Both the position numbers and the translations under genes were made by a program. DNA of 64,000 nt from Verrucomicrobiota bacterium (GTDB lineage: Bacteria; Verrucomicrobiota; Verrucomicrobiia; Verrucomicrobiales; Akkermansiaceae). The stretch is taken from the NCBI GenBank assembly GCA_004294095.1, contig RDZR01000026.1, positions 16,411 through 80,410 of the forward strand, given 5' to 3'. The notes beneath the pieces are model-generated. The model had not been told where the DNA came from. It did not search any database and saw nothing but the letters and a program-made list of their open reading frames with translations. Of the stretch, positions 42,023 through 51,265 are shown one piece after another (position 1 is the first letter of the stretch; every line of letters starts with the position of its first letter).

Positions 42023-42717
42023 GCCACACCTCCAGCGTGTAACTGGTAGCCCTTGCCGCGGATGGTCGTCAGAAGGGATTGGTTTTGTTGGCCTAACTTA
42101 GTGCGCAGATGCATGATGTGCATGTCGATCGTGCGTGTCTGAGTGCGATCTGGATCCAGATTCCAAAGATTGCGCAAAATTTCCTCACGCGTCACTATTC
42201 GTCCGTTAGAATCTAACAGATACTTCAAAAGCTGGGCCTCTTTTTCTGAAAGTTCCTGAGTTGTGCCATCGTCATGGGCGATCGTATTGAGACGAAAGTC
42301 CACCTGCGCATTTGGCAAGCGGCGCTCGTCCGCTGGTGCCGCGCGCTCGCAGGTGCGGCGGAGCACGGCATCCACGCGGGCGAGCAGCTCTTTCATGCTG
42401 AATGGCTTGACCACATAATCGTCAGCACCGTGAACGAGGCCGCGGACGCGATCATTCTCCTCGCCTCGTGCGGAGAGAATGATCACGGCTTGGCCCGGGC
42501 GTTTGCGTTTGAGTGCCGCGAGAATTTCAAATCCCGATGGCCCAGGCATGACCAAATCTAACAGGATAAGCCGATAATGTGCCTTGAGTGCCATTTCCAT
42601 GCCGATATGCCCGTCTGCCGCTTCGAGGGTTTGGTAGCCGGCATATTCGAGCACATCGACGATGCCTCGGCGCACGGCGGGATCGTCTTCGATGACGAGG
42701 ATAACAGGGCCATTCAT
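42019..42717 (-). CDS. OmpR-family response regulator
   Basis: 'ILVIEDDP' ... 'LILLDLVMPG' ... 'KPF' receiver plus the winged-helix output 'TRTIDMHIMHLRTKL...IRGKGY'. I chose the ATG at 42717. It overlaps the HK start (GTGA). Confidence 0.9.
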   Translation of the reverse strand: MNGPVILVIEDDPAVRRGIVDVLEYAGYQTLEAADGHIGMEMALKAHYRLILLDLVMPGPSGFEILAALKRKRPGQAVIILSARGEENDRVRGLVHGADDYVVKPFSMKELLARVDAVLRRTCERAAPADERRLPNAQVDFRLNTIAHDDGTTQELSEKEAQLLKYLLDSNGRIVTREEILRNLWNLDPDRTQTRTIDMHIMHLRTKLGQQNQSLLTTIRGKGYQLHAGGVA

Positions 42718-42769
42718 GTCGTTCAAATTATCGGGATTTGTTGGAAAAGGCAAATGGCGAAACAGCTTC

Positions 42770-43927
42770 TCAGTTCTCGAAGGTGTAGCCGAGTTTGATC
42801 GCTTGCTTGCGAGTGGTTTCGACCATGACTTGATCCAGTGTTTTGTCTCCGGACTTCGCTTGTTTTTGCTGCTCGGCTTCGACAAAGGCGGTGCGCTCTG
42901 CGTTGAGCGTGTTGATTTGTGATTGAATTTCTAACCGTTTTCTAGCAGCTTCATCTACGCGTTGTTGAATCTCTTCTGGCTTCAAATTTTTCAGCTCCGC
43001 TGGTAACTCGCTGGCGGGGAGTTTGCTAAGATCCACCTTTTTTTCGCGCACGGCATCCACCAGATCCCAGCCACTATTATGGTAGTTTCTGCTAGATTTC
43101 GAGATCGCCCGTTCCACCGCAGCACCAGCTTCGCTTTCGAGAGCGGCGGCTTCATCGGCTTGTCTTTGCTTGGCTGCACCAGCTTTGAAGTGAACTCCGT
43201 AACCGAGGTATGTTTTATTGAGCTCTAGGCCAAGATCGCTGATTTTTTGATCTTGTGGAGCGACGATGTGACAAACGGCGCGGTCTTGATCGATGATCAT
43301 GAAGTCGCCATTTGCGAGTGCAGCACCATCATGCCATGAGCCGGAAATGCCCTCATCGCGCGGTCCACAGTGAATGGTATTGATGATAACTCCTTTGGAA
43401 AATCCTTCTTTGCAAGCATCTCTAACATCGACTGAACCTTGGGTAAATTCCTCATTACCGGCGATGAAAATGGCTTTGTAAGTCTTTGCGTCTTGATCCC
43501 ATTTTAGATCCGTGATGGCACGCTGAATCACCGCACCGCAGTATTCTTCACCACCGTTGGTGGAAAGGGCATTGAGTTGCTTGCTCACTTCATCGAGGTC
43601 TCGTGTGAGTGGTTGCACTTGCCGGATGTATTGGCTGCGGGCGGATTGATTATTATTTCCATATTCATACAATGCCACCTCTACGAAGGGCGCTTCCCCA
43701 TCGCGGCGTGCATCGATGAAGGTGTTGACGACTTTCCATAATTGCGATTTCGCTTGATCGATGAGTCCGTCCATACTGTTAGAAGTATCTAACAAAAGGG
43801 CAATTTGCACTTTATGATTGGCGGCCGGTGTGTCCACCGTTGGTTGATCCACTGGAGCTTTGGCAACCAATGATTGAGTGAGGGTGATGATGCTGATGAT
43901 ACCTAACAGAGTTGTTTTTGTTTTCAT
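42770..43927 (-). CDS. Secreted von Willebrand factor type A (vWA) domain protein
   Basis: A signal peptide, the MIDAS motif 'LLLDTSNSMDG', and a C-terminal coiled region. Confidence 0.8.
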   Translation of the reverse strand: MKTKTTLLGIISIITLTQSLVAKAPVDQPTVDTPAANHKVQIALLLDTSNSMDGLIDQAKSQLWKVVNTFIDARRDGEAPFVEVALYEYGNNNQSARSQYIRQVQPLTRDLDEVSKQLNALSTNGGEEYCGAVIQRAITDLKWDQDAKTYKAIFIAGNEEFTQGSVDVRDACKEGFSKGVIINTIHCGPRDEGISGSWHDGAALANGDFMIIDQDRAVCHIVAPQDQKISDLGLELNKTYLGYGVHFKAGAAKQRQADEAAALESEAGAAVERAISKSSRNYHNSGWDLVDAVREKKVDLSKLPASELPAELKNLKPEEIQQRVDEAARKRLEIQSQINTLNAERTAFVEAEQQKQAKSGDKTLDQVMVETTRKQAIKLGYTFEN

Positions 43928-44022
43928 AACACCTCTCTTTTAACCCGTGATTTCGCAGCGGTCTGTAAAGGCTCGGTAAATTTTCTTTTTGAGATTATGG
44001 AAACCACTCTTAAAATGGATTA

Positions 44023-44643
44023 ATGAAGCGATATTTCTTTTGTTTCTTTTGCCTGCTCGTTTCCGCTTTTGCGGATGAGAATGGGCGTCCTGCGACGCTC
44101 AAGCCTGAGCAATTGCGAAGTTTTTTCCTGCTACCGATGGAGCGGCAGATTCTTTTGCGGCAGGCATTGGAACTGAGCCAACCGCCGAGGTGGCTGAAAT
44201 ATGTGGAAGGAGGTGCCGATCCTGCTGCGGGTGGCTTTGATTGTTCCGGAGCGATGGTTTTTGTGATGAAATCTGCCAAACTCGACCCACCGCGGACATC
44301 GCAAGATCAGTGGGACTGGCTGAAGCGCGAGGGGCGTTTGAATCTCGTTTCTAACAGCGTCAAAACACTCGATGATCCATGTTTTTCAAAACTAAGGCCC
44401 GGCGATTTACTTTTCTGGGCGATTGGCGATCGAGTTCATCATGTGGCAATGTTTCTTGGCAACGAAGCGGGCGATAACCACGCGGTGGCGCTTCATTCGA
44501 CCGATGGACGATCCTACCGCGGTGTGAAAGCGAATGGTTACGGAGTTTTTGATTTGAAAGTTCCATCAGAGAAAAGTGAATCCAAGCTCGTCGGCTATGG
44601 CACGCCGCCTGGATTGTCATTGATGGCGGAAAAATTGCCTTGA
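44023..44643 (+). CDS. NlpC/P60 (C40) family peptidase
   Basis: A signal peptide, the catalytic Cys motif 'GGFDCSGAMVFV', and the 'HHVAMFLG' His motif. Confidence 0.8.
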   Translation: MKRYFFCFFCLLVSAFADENGRPATLKPEQLRSFFLLPMERQILLRQALELSQPPRWLKYVEGGADPAAGGFDCSGAMVFVMKSAKLDPPRTSQDQWDWLKREGRLNLVSNSVKTLDDPCFSKLRPGDLLFWAIGDRVHHVAMFLGNEAGDNHAVALHSTDGRSYRGVKANGYGVFDLKVPSEKSESKLVGYGTPPGLSLMAEKLP

Positions 44644-44854
44644 GGGTTGCGTTTCTTTTTTCGAGACGTTAAAAAAATCCCGCGATGAAGTGGTCCTTTG
44701 TATTTTTTATAGTTGCGGTAATTGGAAATGTGTCGTGTGAGCGCCATGAATTTGAGGGCCCAAATGGCACCAAGCAGCTGCACATCAAGCATACGAAAGC
44801 TCACGGTGATGCACACGCTGAGGGCGATCATGCCGAGGATAAATCAGAAGCTGC

Positions 44855-45502
44855 TCATTGAGCTGGATCAGCCGCGGCGCGTTGATAGTGCAAAAAGCAC
44901 TCGCTTTCGTCTTGCATGATTTGGCACTCGCGTAATTGAAAGACCAATTTGCTCGGCAAAAAATCGCTGAGCAGCCCAGTCAACGTCGGCGCTTGGCCAC
45001 CACTGAATAATGTGTGACCGGCAAGTGTTAGAAAAATTTCGTCGATCGCATCCAACTCTGCCAGCGCGCGGACGAGCCCGCCGCCACCTTCGCAGTGCAG
45101 CGTTTGCACGTTGTAAGAATCGAAGAGCGTGGTGAGAAAATCAGCCAGTGATTCATAATGCAGTGCCGCGCCGGGAATGCCTTGGCTTTGCGTTTTTGAC
45201 TCCGTCACCAATAAATGAATCGGGCCGCCGCGCTTGGAAAATAGCGGGTGCTTCTCATTCCACCCCCCACGCCGCGAGACGATGCAGCGCAGGGGCTGAA
45301 TTTTTTGTCCGGGCACGGTGAGCGTCATTTGATCACTTTCCAGCGTGCCACGGCCGATCAGCAATGCGTCTTTTCCCGCACGCAAATCCAGCAATCGCCT
45401 CGAATCGGCTTGGCTCGTCCAACGGCTCGGAATGTGCCCGGCAGAGGAAATTTTTCCATCCGCAGAAATTGCCAAATTGACGGATATGTGTGGCCTCCGC
45501 AT
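44855..45502 (-). CDS. RibD C-terminal domain / DHFR-like reductase family protein
   Basis: 'RPHISVNLAISADGKIS', 'RAGKDALLIGRGT' and 'TLHCEGGGGL'. I chose the ATG at 45502. Confidence 0.75.
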   Translation of the reverse strand: MRRPHISVNLAISADGKISSAGHIPSRWTSQADSRRLLDLRAGKDALLIGRGTLESDQMTLTVPGQKIQPLRCIVSRRGGWNEKHPLFSKRGGPIHLLVTESKTQSQGIPGAALHYESLADFLTTLFDSYNVQTLHCEGGGGLVRALAELDAIDEIFLTLAGHTLFSGGQAPTLTGLLSDFLPSKLVFQLRECQIMQDESECFLHYQRAAADPAQ

Positions 45503-45627
45503 GTGGCGATGATTCAAAATCGATTCACCCAAGAAGCAAGTATCGATTCGTCATGCACTCTTTTACCTCTTACGCTTGCCATCCTATCTCAACTGGTTCA
45601 TTTCCGTCGTGAGCCTTTAGCCACATT

Positions 45628-47460
45628 ATGAATCTGGAAATTGCACTGACTCTTTTAGTGATCGCGATCACCTTGGTCGCCTTCATTCGAGAGTGGGCCG
45701 CACCGGACGTGCTAGCACTTTCAATTTTGTGCTTGGTCGTGGTCCTTGGCTTGGTGGACATGAAGGACATGTCCAGCGTCTTCCGCAATGAGGCGCCGCT
45801 GACAATTGCCGCGCTGTTTGTCATTGGAGGAGCGTTAGAATCCTCTGGTGCGATTGATCACATCGGGCGTTTATTGCGGGATCGGCTTTCGGGAAATGTG
45901 CGATGGGCGATTCTCGCTTTTTCGGTGATGACGGCCTTTTTCAGCGCATGGATGAATAACACCGCCATCGTCGCCATTTTATTGCCAGTCACACTTGGCT
46001 TTGCGCGCTCCAAGGAAATCCCGGCATCGCGACTTTTGATGCCGCTTTCCTATGCATCGATTTTAGGCGGCTGCTGCACGATGATTGGCACATCGACCAA
46101 TCTGTTAGTCAACGGCGCGTTGCGCGATCTTGGGGAAAAGCCGATGACGATGTTTGAACTCGCTCCGCTGGGCATCCCAATGGCGATTGCAGGGATTGGA
46201 TATCTCGCAATTTTTGGGCCAAAGTTGATCCCCGCGCGGGCATCGATCACGGGCAGTCTGGAAATTTCCAATCGGACTTCACCATTGCATCATTTGTTGA
46301 TCGGAGAAGGCTCGCCAATCATTGGGAAAAAATTGTTAGAAACACCACTTGCGGATCACGCCAATGGCTCCCACATCATGGAAATTCGTCGCTCGGGTGC
46401 TCGCTTGATGTCATCGCTCAGCCAGATTGTGGTGCAAAAAAACGATCGCTTTCTAGTGGCCTTGCATCGGCGGCGTGGCGGAGCGGTGAAATCAGATGCT
46501 TTTTTCCAAGAGCTTGGCGCGCAGGAATTATCCACCGTCGATGGCATCGTTTCGGAGCTCGTCATCCGCGATGAATCATCCTTGGTCGGCCGCAGTTTGG
46601 CTAAATCTGATTTCCGCCAGCACTACAATTGCGTGGTGCTTGCGGTTCACCGCGGCGGCGTGAACATCACCAGCCAAATTGCCAACATCGCCCTCGAGCC
46701 TGGCGATACATTGCTGGTGATCACTGCATTGAATAACTTGGAATCACTGGCCGCGACGCGTGATTTTATCCTCACCGATACCACCGAGGATACGACTCCG
46801 GGTGCGAAATTCAAAAAACCCAAGGCCCACGTCATTCTAGCGTGGACCTCATTGATCGGCGTGATTGCGGTGGCGACGCTGAGCGATGCGCTCAATCGTG
46901 TCTATCCTGCGATTCCCGAGGTGCCGATTCACTTCGCGGCAATCGTCGGAGCGCTGGCACTTTTGTGGCTAAAAGTCGTCACTCCGCGCGAGGCGTATAG
47001 CAGCATCGATTGGCAAGTATTGATCATGCTTTACGGGCTGTTAGGGCTTGGCATGGCGATGCAAAATACTGGCACGGCGACTTATTTGGCCCAAGAAATG
47101 GTCGCTCTATCAGAAAAATTTTTACCGCGCGAGTATCTTCCCATGGTGTTGCTTTGGTTGTTATTTTTGCTCACGCTACTGCTCACCGAAGTTCTATCTA
47201 ACAATGCGACGGCTGTGATGATGGTGCCAATCGCACTCAATTTGGCTCACACGCTCGGCATTGATTCGCGCGGTTACATCATGGCGGTGACGGTTGCGGC
47301 ATCCACCGCTTTTGCACTGCCGATGGGCTACCAAACGCACATGATGGTCTATGGCCCAGGAGGTTATAAATTTAATGATTTCCTGCGCGTCGGCATCCCA
47401 CTGAATGTGATTTGTTGGGTGACTTCCTGTTTGTTGATCCCACTGATTTGGCCATTTTGA
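45628..47460 (+). CDS. SLC13/DASS-family permease with two central TrkA-C domains
   Basis: The N- and C-terminal transporter halves carry 'SAWMNNTA' and 'SNNATAVMMVPI' hairpin motifs. The central ~200 aa show TrkA_C-like repeats. Confidence 0.85.
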   Translation: MNLEIALTLLVIAITLVAFIREWAAPDVLALSILCLVVVLGLVDMKDMSSVFRNEAPLTIAALFVIGGALESSGAIDHIGRLLRDRLSGNVRWAILAFSVMTAFFSAWMNNTAIVAILLPVTLGFARSKEIPASRLLMPLSYASILGGCCTMIGTSTNLLVNGALRDLGEKPMTMFELAPLGIPMAIAGIGYLAIFGPKLIPARASITGSLEISNRTSPLHHLLIGEGSPIIGKKLLETPLADHANGSHIMEIRRSGARLMSSLSQIVVQKNDRFLVALHRRRGGAVKSDAFFQELGAQELSTVDGIVSELVIRDESSLVGRSLAKSDFRQHYNCVVLAVHRGGVNITSQIANIALEPGDTLLVITALNNLESLAATRDFILTDTTEDTTPGAKFKKPKAHVILAWTSLIGVIAVATLSDALNRVYPAIPEVPIHFAAIVGALALLWLKVVTPREAYSSIDWQVLIMLYGLLGLGMAMQNTGTATYLAQEMVALSEKFLPREYLPMVLLWLLFLLTLLLTEVLSNNATAVMMVPIALNLAHTLGIDSRGYIMAVTVAASTAFALPMGYQTHMMVYGPGGYKFNDFLRVGIPLNVICWVTSCLLIPLIWPF

Positions 47461-47549
47461 GTAAAAAGAGGCTCGGGAAAAATCGGCTCAGCATTCTGTG
47501 CATTCCTTGTCTTGCTTGATCGCGCATCTCGCGTCATGATCTGCGCATC

Positions 47550-47843
47550 ATGCAAGCAATGACTGAGCAGTTAAAAAATTTGCTGCAATATTTAGCTCTC
47601 CAATTGATCGACGATCCGAAAGTCGCTCAGCTCAAAGTAGCCGAATTGGGGCCGAAGCGATTGCGCTTCAAATTGATTTTATCCAAGCCGGACGTGGCGA
47701 TGTTGATCGGGCGCAATGGATTCACCGCCTCGGCGATTCGCAATTTACTCAAAGCCGCGGCGGATAAGGAAGACGTGCAAATTTCCCTCCACATTCATTC
47801 CCACGAGGAAGAGGATGAGATGCTCAAGAGCGGCGATTCCTGA
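47550..47843 (+). CDS. KH-domain RNA-binding protein (UPF0109/YlqC-like)
   Basis: 'LIDDPKVAQLKV...LSKPDVAMLIGRNGFTASAIRNLLKAA', the GxxG-type KH core. Confidence 0.7.
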   Translation: MQAMTEQLKNLLQYLALQLIDDPKVAQLKVAELGPKRLRFKLILSKPDVAMLIGRNGFTASAIRNLLKAAADKEDVQISLHIHSHEEEDEMLKSGDS

Positions 47844-47911
47844 AGATTTTTTGATTTTTTCTGAGGAGATACCGCTTGGATGTTGCGGATTCCTGCTTCA
47901 TGATTTGCCTC

Positions 47912-48796
47912 ATGCATTTCTCGGGCACACACACCGCTTTGATCACCCCATTTCGCGATGGGAAAATTGATACGATTGCTTTCAAAGCCCTCATCGATAG
48001 GCAAATCGCGGGCGGAATCGATGGAATCGTCCCCGTCGGCACCACGGGAGAATCGCCCACGTTAGATACCGCGGAGCACATTGAAGTGATCCGCTTGGCG
48101 GTTGAGTTTGCCGCTGGGCGTTGCCAAGTCATCGCTGGCACGGGCGCGAATTCGACGACGGAAGCCATCGAGCTCACCCAAGCCGCGGAGAAGCTGGGTG
48201 CCACTGCTTCGTTGCAAGTTTGCCCGTATTACAACAAGCCATCGCAAGAAGGCCTGTATCTTCATTACAGAAAAATTGCCGAAGAAACGTCGCTGCCGAT
48301 CATGCTTTACAGTGTGCCGGGTCGCTCAGTCGTTGAGATCGCCGTGGAGACTGCGGCGCGGCTCGCTGCGGATTGCCCGAATGTGGTCGCGATCAAAGAA
48401 GCGGGCGGATCAGTCGATCGCGTCAATCAGCTCGTGCAGGCACTTCCTGCGGATTTTGGGATCTTATGCGGCGATGATCCACTGACATTGCCGTTCATGG
48501 CGAGCGGGGCGATTGGCCTCGTTTCCGTGGCCTCGAATTTGATTCCTGAAATCATGGTCAAACTGGTGCAAGCATGCGCGAAGGGCGAATTTGCCGAAGC
48601 ACTGGCGATGCAGAAAAAATTCTACCCGCTGATGCGTGGGCTGATGACGCTCGATGTCAATCCGGTGCCGATTAAATCAGCCGTTGCGATGCAAGGCCAC
48701 TGCTCCGGCGAGTTCCGTCTGCCACTCGCTCCTCTAACAGATGACGCCTCACAAAAGCTCGGCTCGCTACTGCGCTCCTATCAGCTCCTCGCATGA
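47912..48796 (+). CDS. dapA: 4-hydroxy-tetrahydrodipicolinate synthase
   Basis: 'GTHTALITPF', 'GIVPVGTTGESPTL', 'VIAGTGANST', 'YYNKPSQEG' and 'VAIKEAGG' (Schiff-base Lys). Confidence 0.93.
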   Translation: MHFSGTHTALITPFRDGKIDTIAFKALIDRQIAGGIDGIVPVGTTGESPTLDTAEHIEVIRLAVEFAAGRCQVIAGTGANSTTEAIELTQAAEKLGATASLQVCPYYNKPSQEGLYLHYRKIAEETSLPIMLYSVPGRSVVEIAVETAARLAADCPNVVAIKEAGGSVDRVNQLVQALPADFGILCGDDPLTLPFMASGAIGLVSVASNLIPEIMVKLVQACAKGEFAEALAMQKKFYPLMRGLMTLDVNPVPIKSAVAMQGHCSGEFRLPLAPLTDDASQKLGSLLRSYQLLA

Positions 48797-48841
48797 TGCG
48801 TCTTTGATGAAAAAATTTCTAACCTGCTTCTAACATCTAAC

Positions 48842-49915
48842 ATGCCATATCCAAAACTCTTTAATCCAGGCCCAGTGGATGTCTCACCGGAGACATTTGC
48901 AGCCATGTCCCAAACCATGATCGGCCACCGCGGTGGTGATTTTGAGGTTCTATACGCATCCATGCAGCCGGGACTTCAGGAAATTTTCGGGACCGCGCGG
49001 CCAGTTTTTCTATCCACCTCATCGGCTTGGGGCGTGATGGAAGGCGCACTGCGCAACCTCGCTCGTAAAAAAGTGCTCTGCCTCTGCTGCGGCGCGTTTT
49101 CGGATAAGTGGCTCGATGTCGCCCGCAAGTGCGGCTACGAGGCGGATGCGGTGCAAGCCGAGTGGGGGATGCCGATCGATGCTCAAGAGGTGCAAAGCAA
49201 ACTCGCAGAAGGTGGCTATGATACGGTGACGTTTATCCACTCGGAGACGTCCACCGGCGTGCTCAATGATCTTGCGGCGATTTCCAAAGTAGTGAAATCA
49301 TTTCCAGATACGATGTTTATCGTAGATACTGTTTCTTCGCTTTCCACGGTGCCTGTTGAGATGGATGCGCATGGAGTGGATGTGATGCTCGCCGGCGTGC
49401 AAAAGGCGCTCGCGTTGCCTCCGGGCTTGGCCTTGTTTGCCGTTTCTGAAGCAGCGATGGAGCGCGCGAAGACGATTCCTAACCGAGGCTATTATTTTGA
49501 TTTCATCGAGTTTGCTAAAAATGCGGCGGTCAATAATACACCTTCCACACCGGCGATTTCGCTGCTTTTCGGCCTGCAATACATGTTGCAGCAAATTGCC
49601 AAGGAAGGATTTCTCGCTCGCCAAGCTCGCCATGCGCAGACCAATGCAATGATCGCCGCTTGGGGCGCCAAGCACGGCTTCCAACACTTTGCGCCGGATG
49701 GATTCCGCTCGCGTGCGCTCACCTGCTTCGCAACGCCAGACGGATTTGATTTATCCTCCTTCATCAAGCGATTGAAAAATGAACATCACTTTTTAATCAA
49801 TGGGGGATACGGAAAAATTAAGGGGAAAACCTTCCGTATTTCTAACATGGGCAATGAAACTCCAGAGACGATGCAGGCACTTATCGAGGCGATGGATGCG
49901 GTGCTAGCAAGCTGA
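48842..49915 (+). CDS. Class-V PLP-dependent aminotransferase (serine-pyruvate/alanine-glyoxylate or SerC-like family)
   Basis: 'LFNPGPVDV', 'IHSETSTGV', 'DTVSS' and 'GVQKALALPPGL' (PLP Lys). Confidence 0.8.
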   Translation: MPYPKLFNPGPVDVSPETFAAMSQTMIGHRGGDFEVLYASMQPGLQEIFGTARPVFLSTSSAWGVMEGALRNLARKKVLCLCCGAFSDKWLDVARKCGYEADAVQAEWGMPIDAQEVQSKLAEGGYDTVTFIHSETSTGVLNDLAAISKVVKSFPDTMFIVDTVSSLSTVPVEMDAHGVDVMLAGVQKALALPPGLALFAVSEAAMERAKTIPNRGYYFDFIEFAKNAAVNNTPSTPAISLLFGLQYMLQQIAKEGFLARQARHAQTNAMIAAWGAKHGFQHFAPDGFRSRALTCFATPDGFDLSSFIKRLKNEHHFLINGGYGKIKGKTFRISNMGNETPETMQALIEAMDAVLAS

Positions 49916-49995
49916 GCGGGTGTTTTATCCCGCTCTGAGATTGAGAGTTGGCAAAGCTCATTGGCTTGGTGCATAGTGCAGCTCTTCGATGAGTC

Positions 49996-50709
49996 ATGAG
50001 TTTAGCCCTGCTATTTAGTTGCGAGAATGCAACGTGCGCCATCCCCGAGGCGTATCGTGAATTTTTTGTTGGATCAGAAGAGGTGGTGACATCGACTCAG
50101 GGCTGGGAACCAGGTGCCTTGAATCTTGCGCAGGCATGTGCGATGCGCTTCCGCACGCCGCTCGTGCATGGCGAAGTCACGCGTTTGTTGCTCAATTATG
50201 AAGAGCCGGCTGATGACCACTGGAGCGAGATTGCAATGAAGCTGCCGGAGGCAACTCGAAAAAAATTGATCGATCGCCACTGGCGGACTTACCGCCAACT
50301 ACTGCGCAACCGCATCGCAGAAGATCTCCGCCGCCATACGATTCTGTTGCATTGCATGATTCATACTTCGCCTCACGAGGAAGGTTTGATTCTGTTAGAA
50401 AGCGGACGCTCAGCGCCACTCGCAGAGGCCATCGCTGCGGCATGGGTCAAACAAATGAGTTCGCTTGATTTGGATATTCGCGCCGTTCCAAATTCGGATT
50501 TATCCGATCTTTCAAATGATCTATTTAAAGATCAATCAGCCACTCGCTACGCCCAAATTCACCTGCGTGTGGCGCAATCATTTTTTCTGGAAGGCAAGCC
50601 GTGGCGATGGGAAACACTCAAGAAAAAATTGCTCGATGCGTTGGCGACCATCACTCAGGATCCCGAGTCGTTCAGCGGCCTAACAGCCCCTTCGTCTGAT
50701 CCACGCTGA
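49996..50709 (+). CDS. N-formylglutamate amidohydrolase (FGase) family protein
   Basis: The N-terminal 'LLFSCENATCAIPEAY' resembles the family's 'TCEH..n.iP' start, and the size of ~237 aa fits. Assigned from memory. Confidence 0.5.
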   Translation: MSLALLFSCENATCAIPEAYREFFVGSEEVVTSTQGWEPGALNLAQACAMRFRTPLVHGEVTRLLLNYEEPADDHWSEIAMKLPEATRKKLIDRHWRTYRQLLRNRIAEDLRRHTILLHCMIHTSPHEEGLILLESGRSAPLAEAIAAAWVKQMSSLDLDIRAVPNSDLSDLSNDLFKDQSATRYAQIHLRVAQSFFLEGKPWRWETLKKKLLDALATITQDPESFSGLTAPSSDPR

Positions 50710-51265
50710 GCTTGCGCTGCTCTTGCCAATCGATGATGTCAGGTTGCACAAAACTGGCCCGTTCATTTTCGATCAGAGCGTTATTCTTGCGCTCAATTCC
50801 GCTTCGGCGCGTCTCATTTGCAGCATTGGTGGCAAATTCAGGGGTGTCGTAGTTGTTCGGTAAATCCATGTTTTTTCCAGCTTCACGAGAGCGGAGCTGG
50901 CCTAACTTAGATGGTTTTTGAAAACGACTGCCGTCCGTATCACCCTGGAAAGCTTTCTTCTCGTAATCCGTCTTTCCCCACCAAGATTCTTTTTTGAAAT
51001 CGCCAGTGCGGTATTCTTTTTTATCCGCTTTTTTGCTGAAGTAGGCACTCTCGCCCTGTCCTTCAAATGAACTGCGGCGGTCCACCTTCGGCATCCATTT
51101 GCCATCGGCATCTTGCTTGAATCCAGCTTGCTCATTGACGCGCTCGCTCAAGCTGAGGCGTTTCTCTGGTTGAGCGCTGTTAGAAGAAGATTGTTTATCA
51201 TCTAACAGCGAACACGAGCTGAGGCCTAACAGCAAAATTGCTATGATGGATGAGCCTAATTTCAT
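50672..51265 (-). CDS. Hypothetical lipoprotein
   Basis: Lipobox 'LLLGLSSCS' and a lysine/acid-rich mature part. There is a 4-nt overlap with the upstream TPR gene. Confidence 0.6.
   Translation of the reverse strand: MKLGSSIIAILLLGLSSCSLLDDKQSSSNSAQPEKRLSLSERVNEQAGFKQDADGKWMPKVDRRSSFEGQGESAYFSKKADKKEYRTGDFKKESWWGKTDYEKKAFQGDTDGSRFQKPSKLGQLRSREAGKNMDLPNNYDTPEFATNAANETRRSGIERKNNALIENERASFVQPDIIDWQEQRKLSVDQTKGLLGR

Noticed and set aside
44595-44831. 78-aa minus-strand ORF ('MIALSVCITVSFRMLDVQLLGAIWALKF...') between the ribD-like and NlpC/P60 genes
   Set aside because: It could be a small membrane protein. However, it overlaps the 3' end of the convergent NlpC/P60 gene and has a basic low-complexity tail with no supporting signal, so it is too weak to list as a feature.
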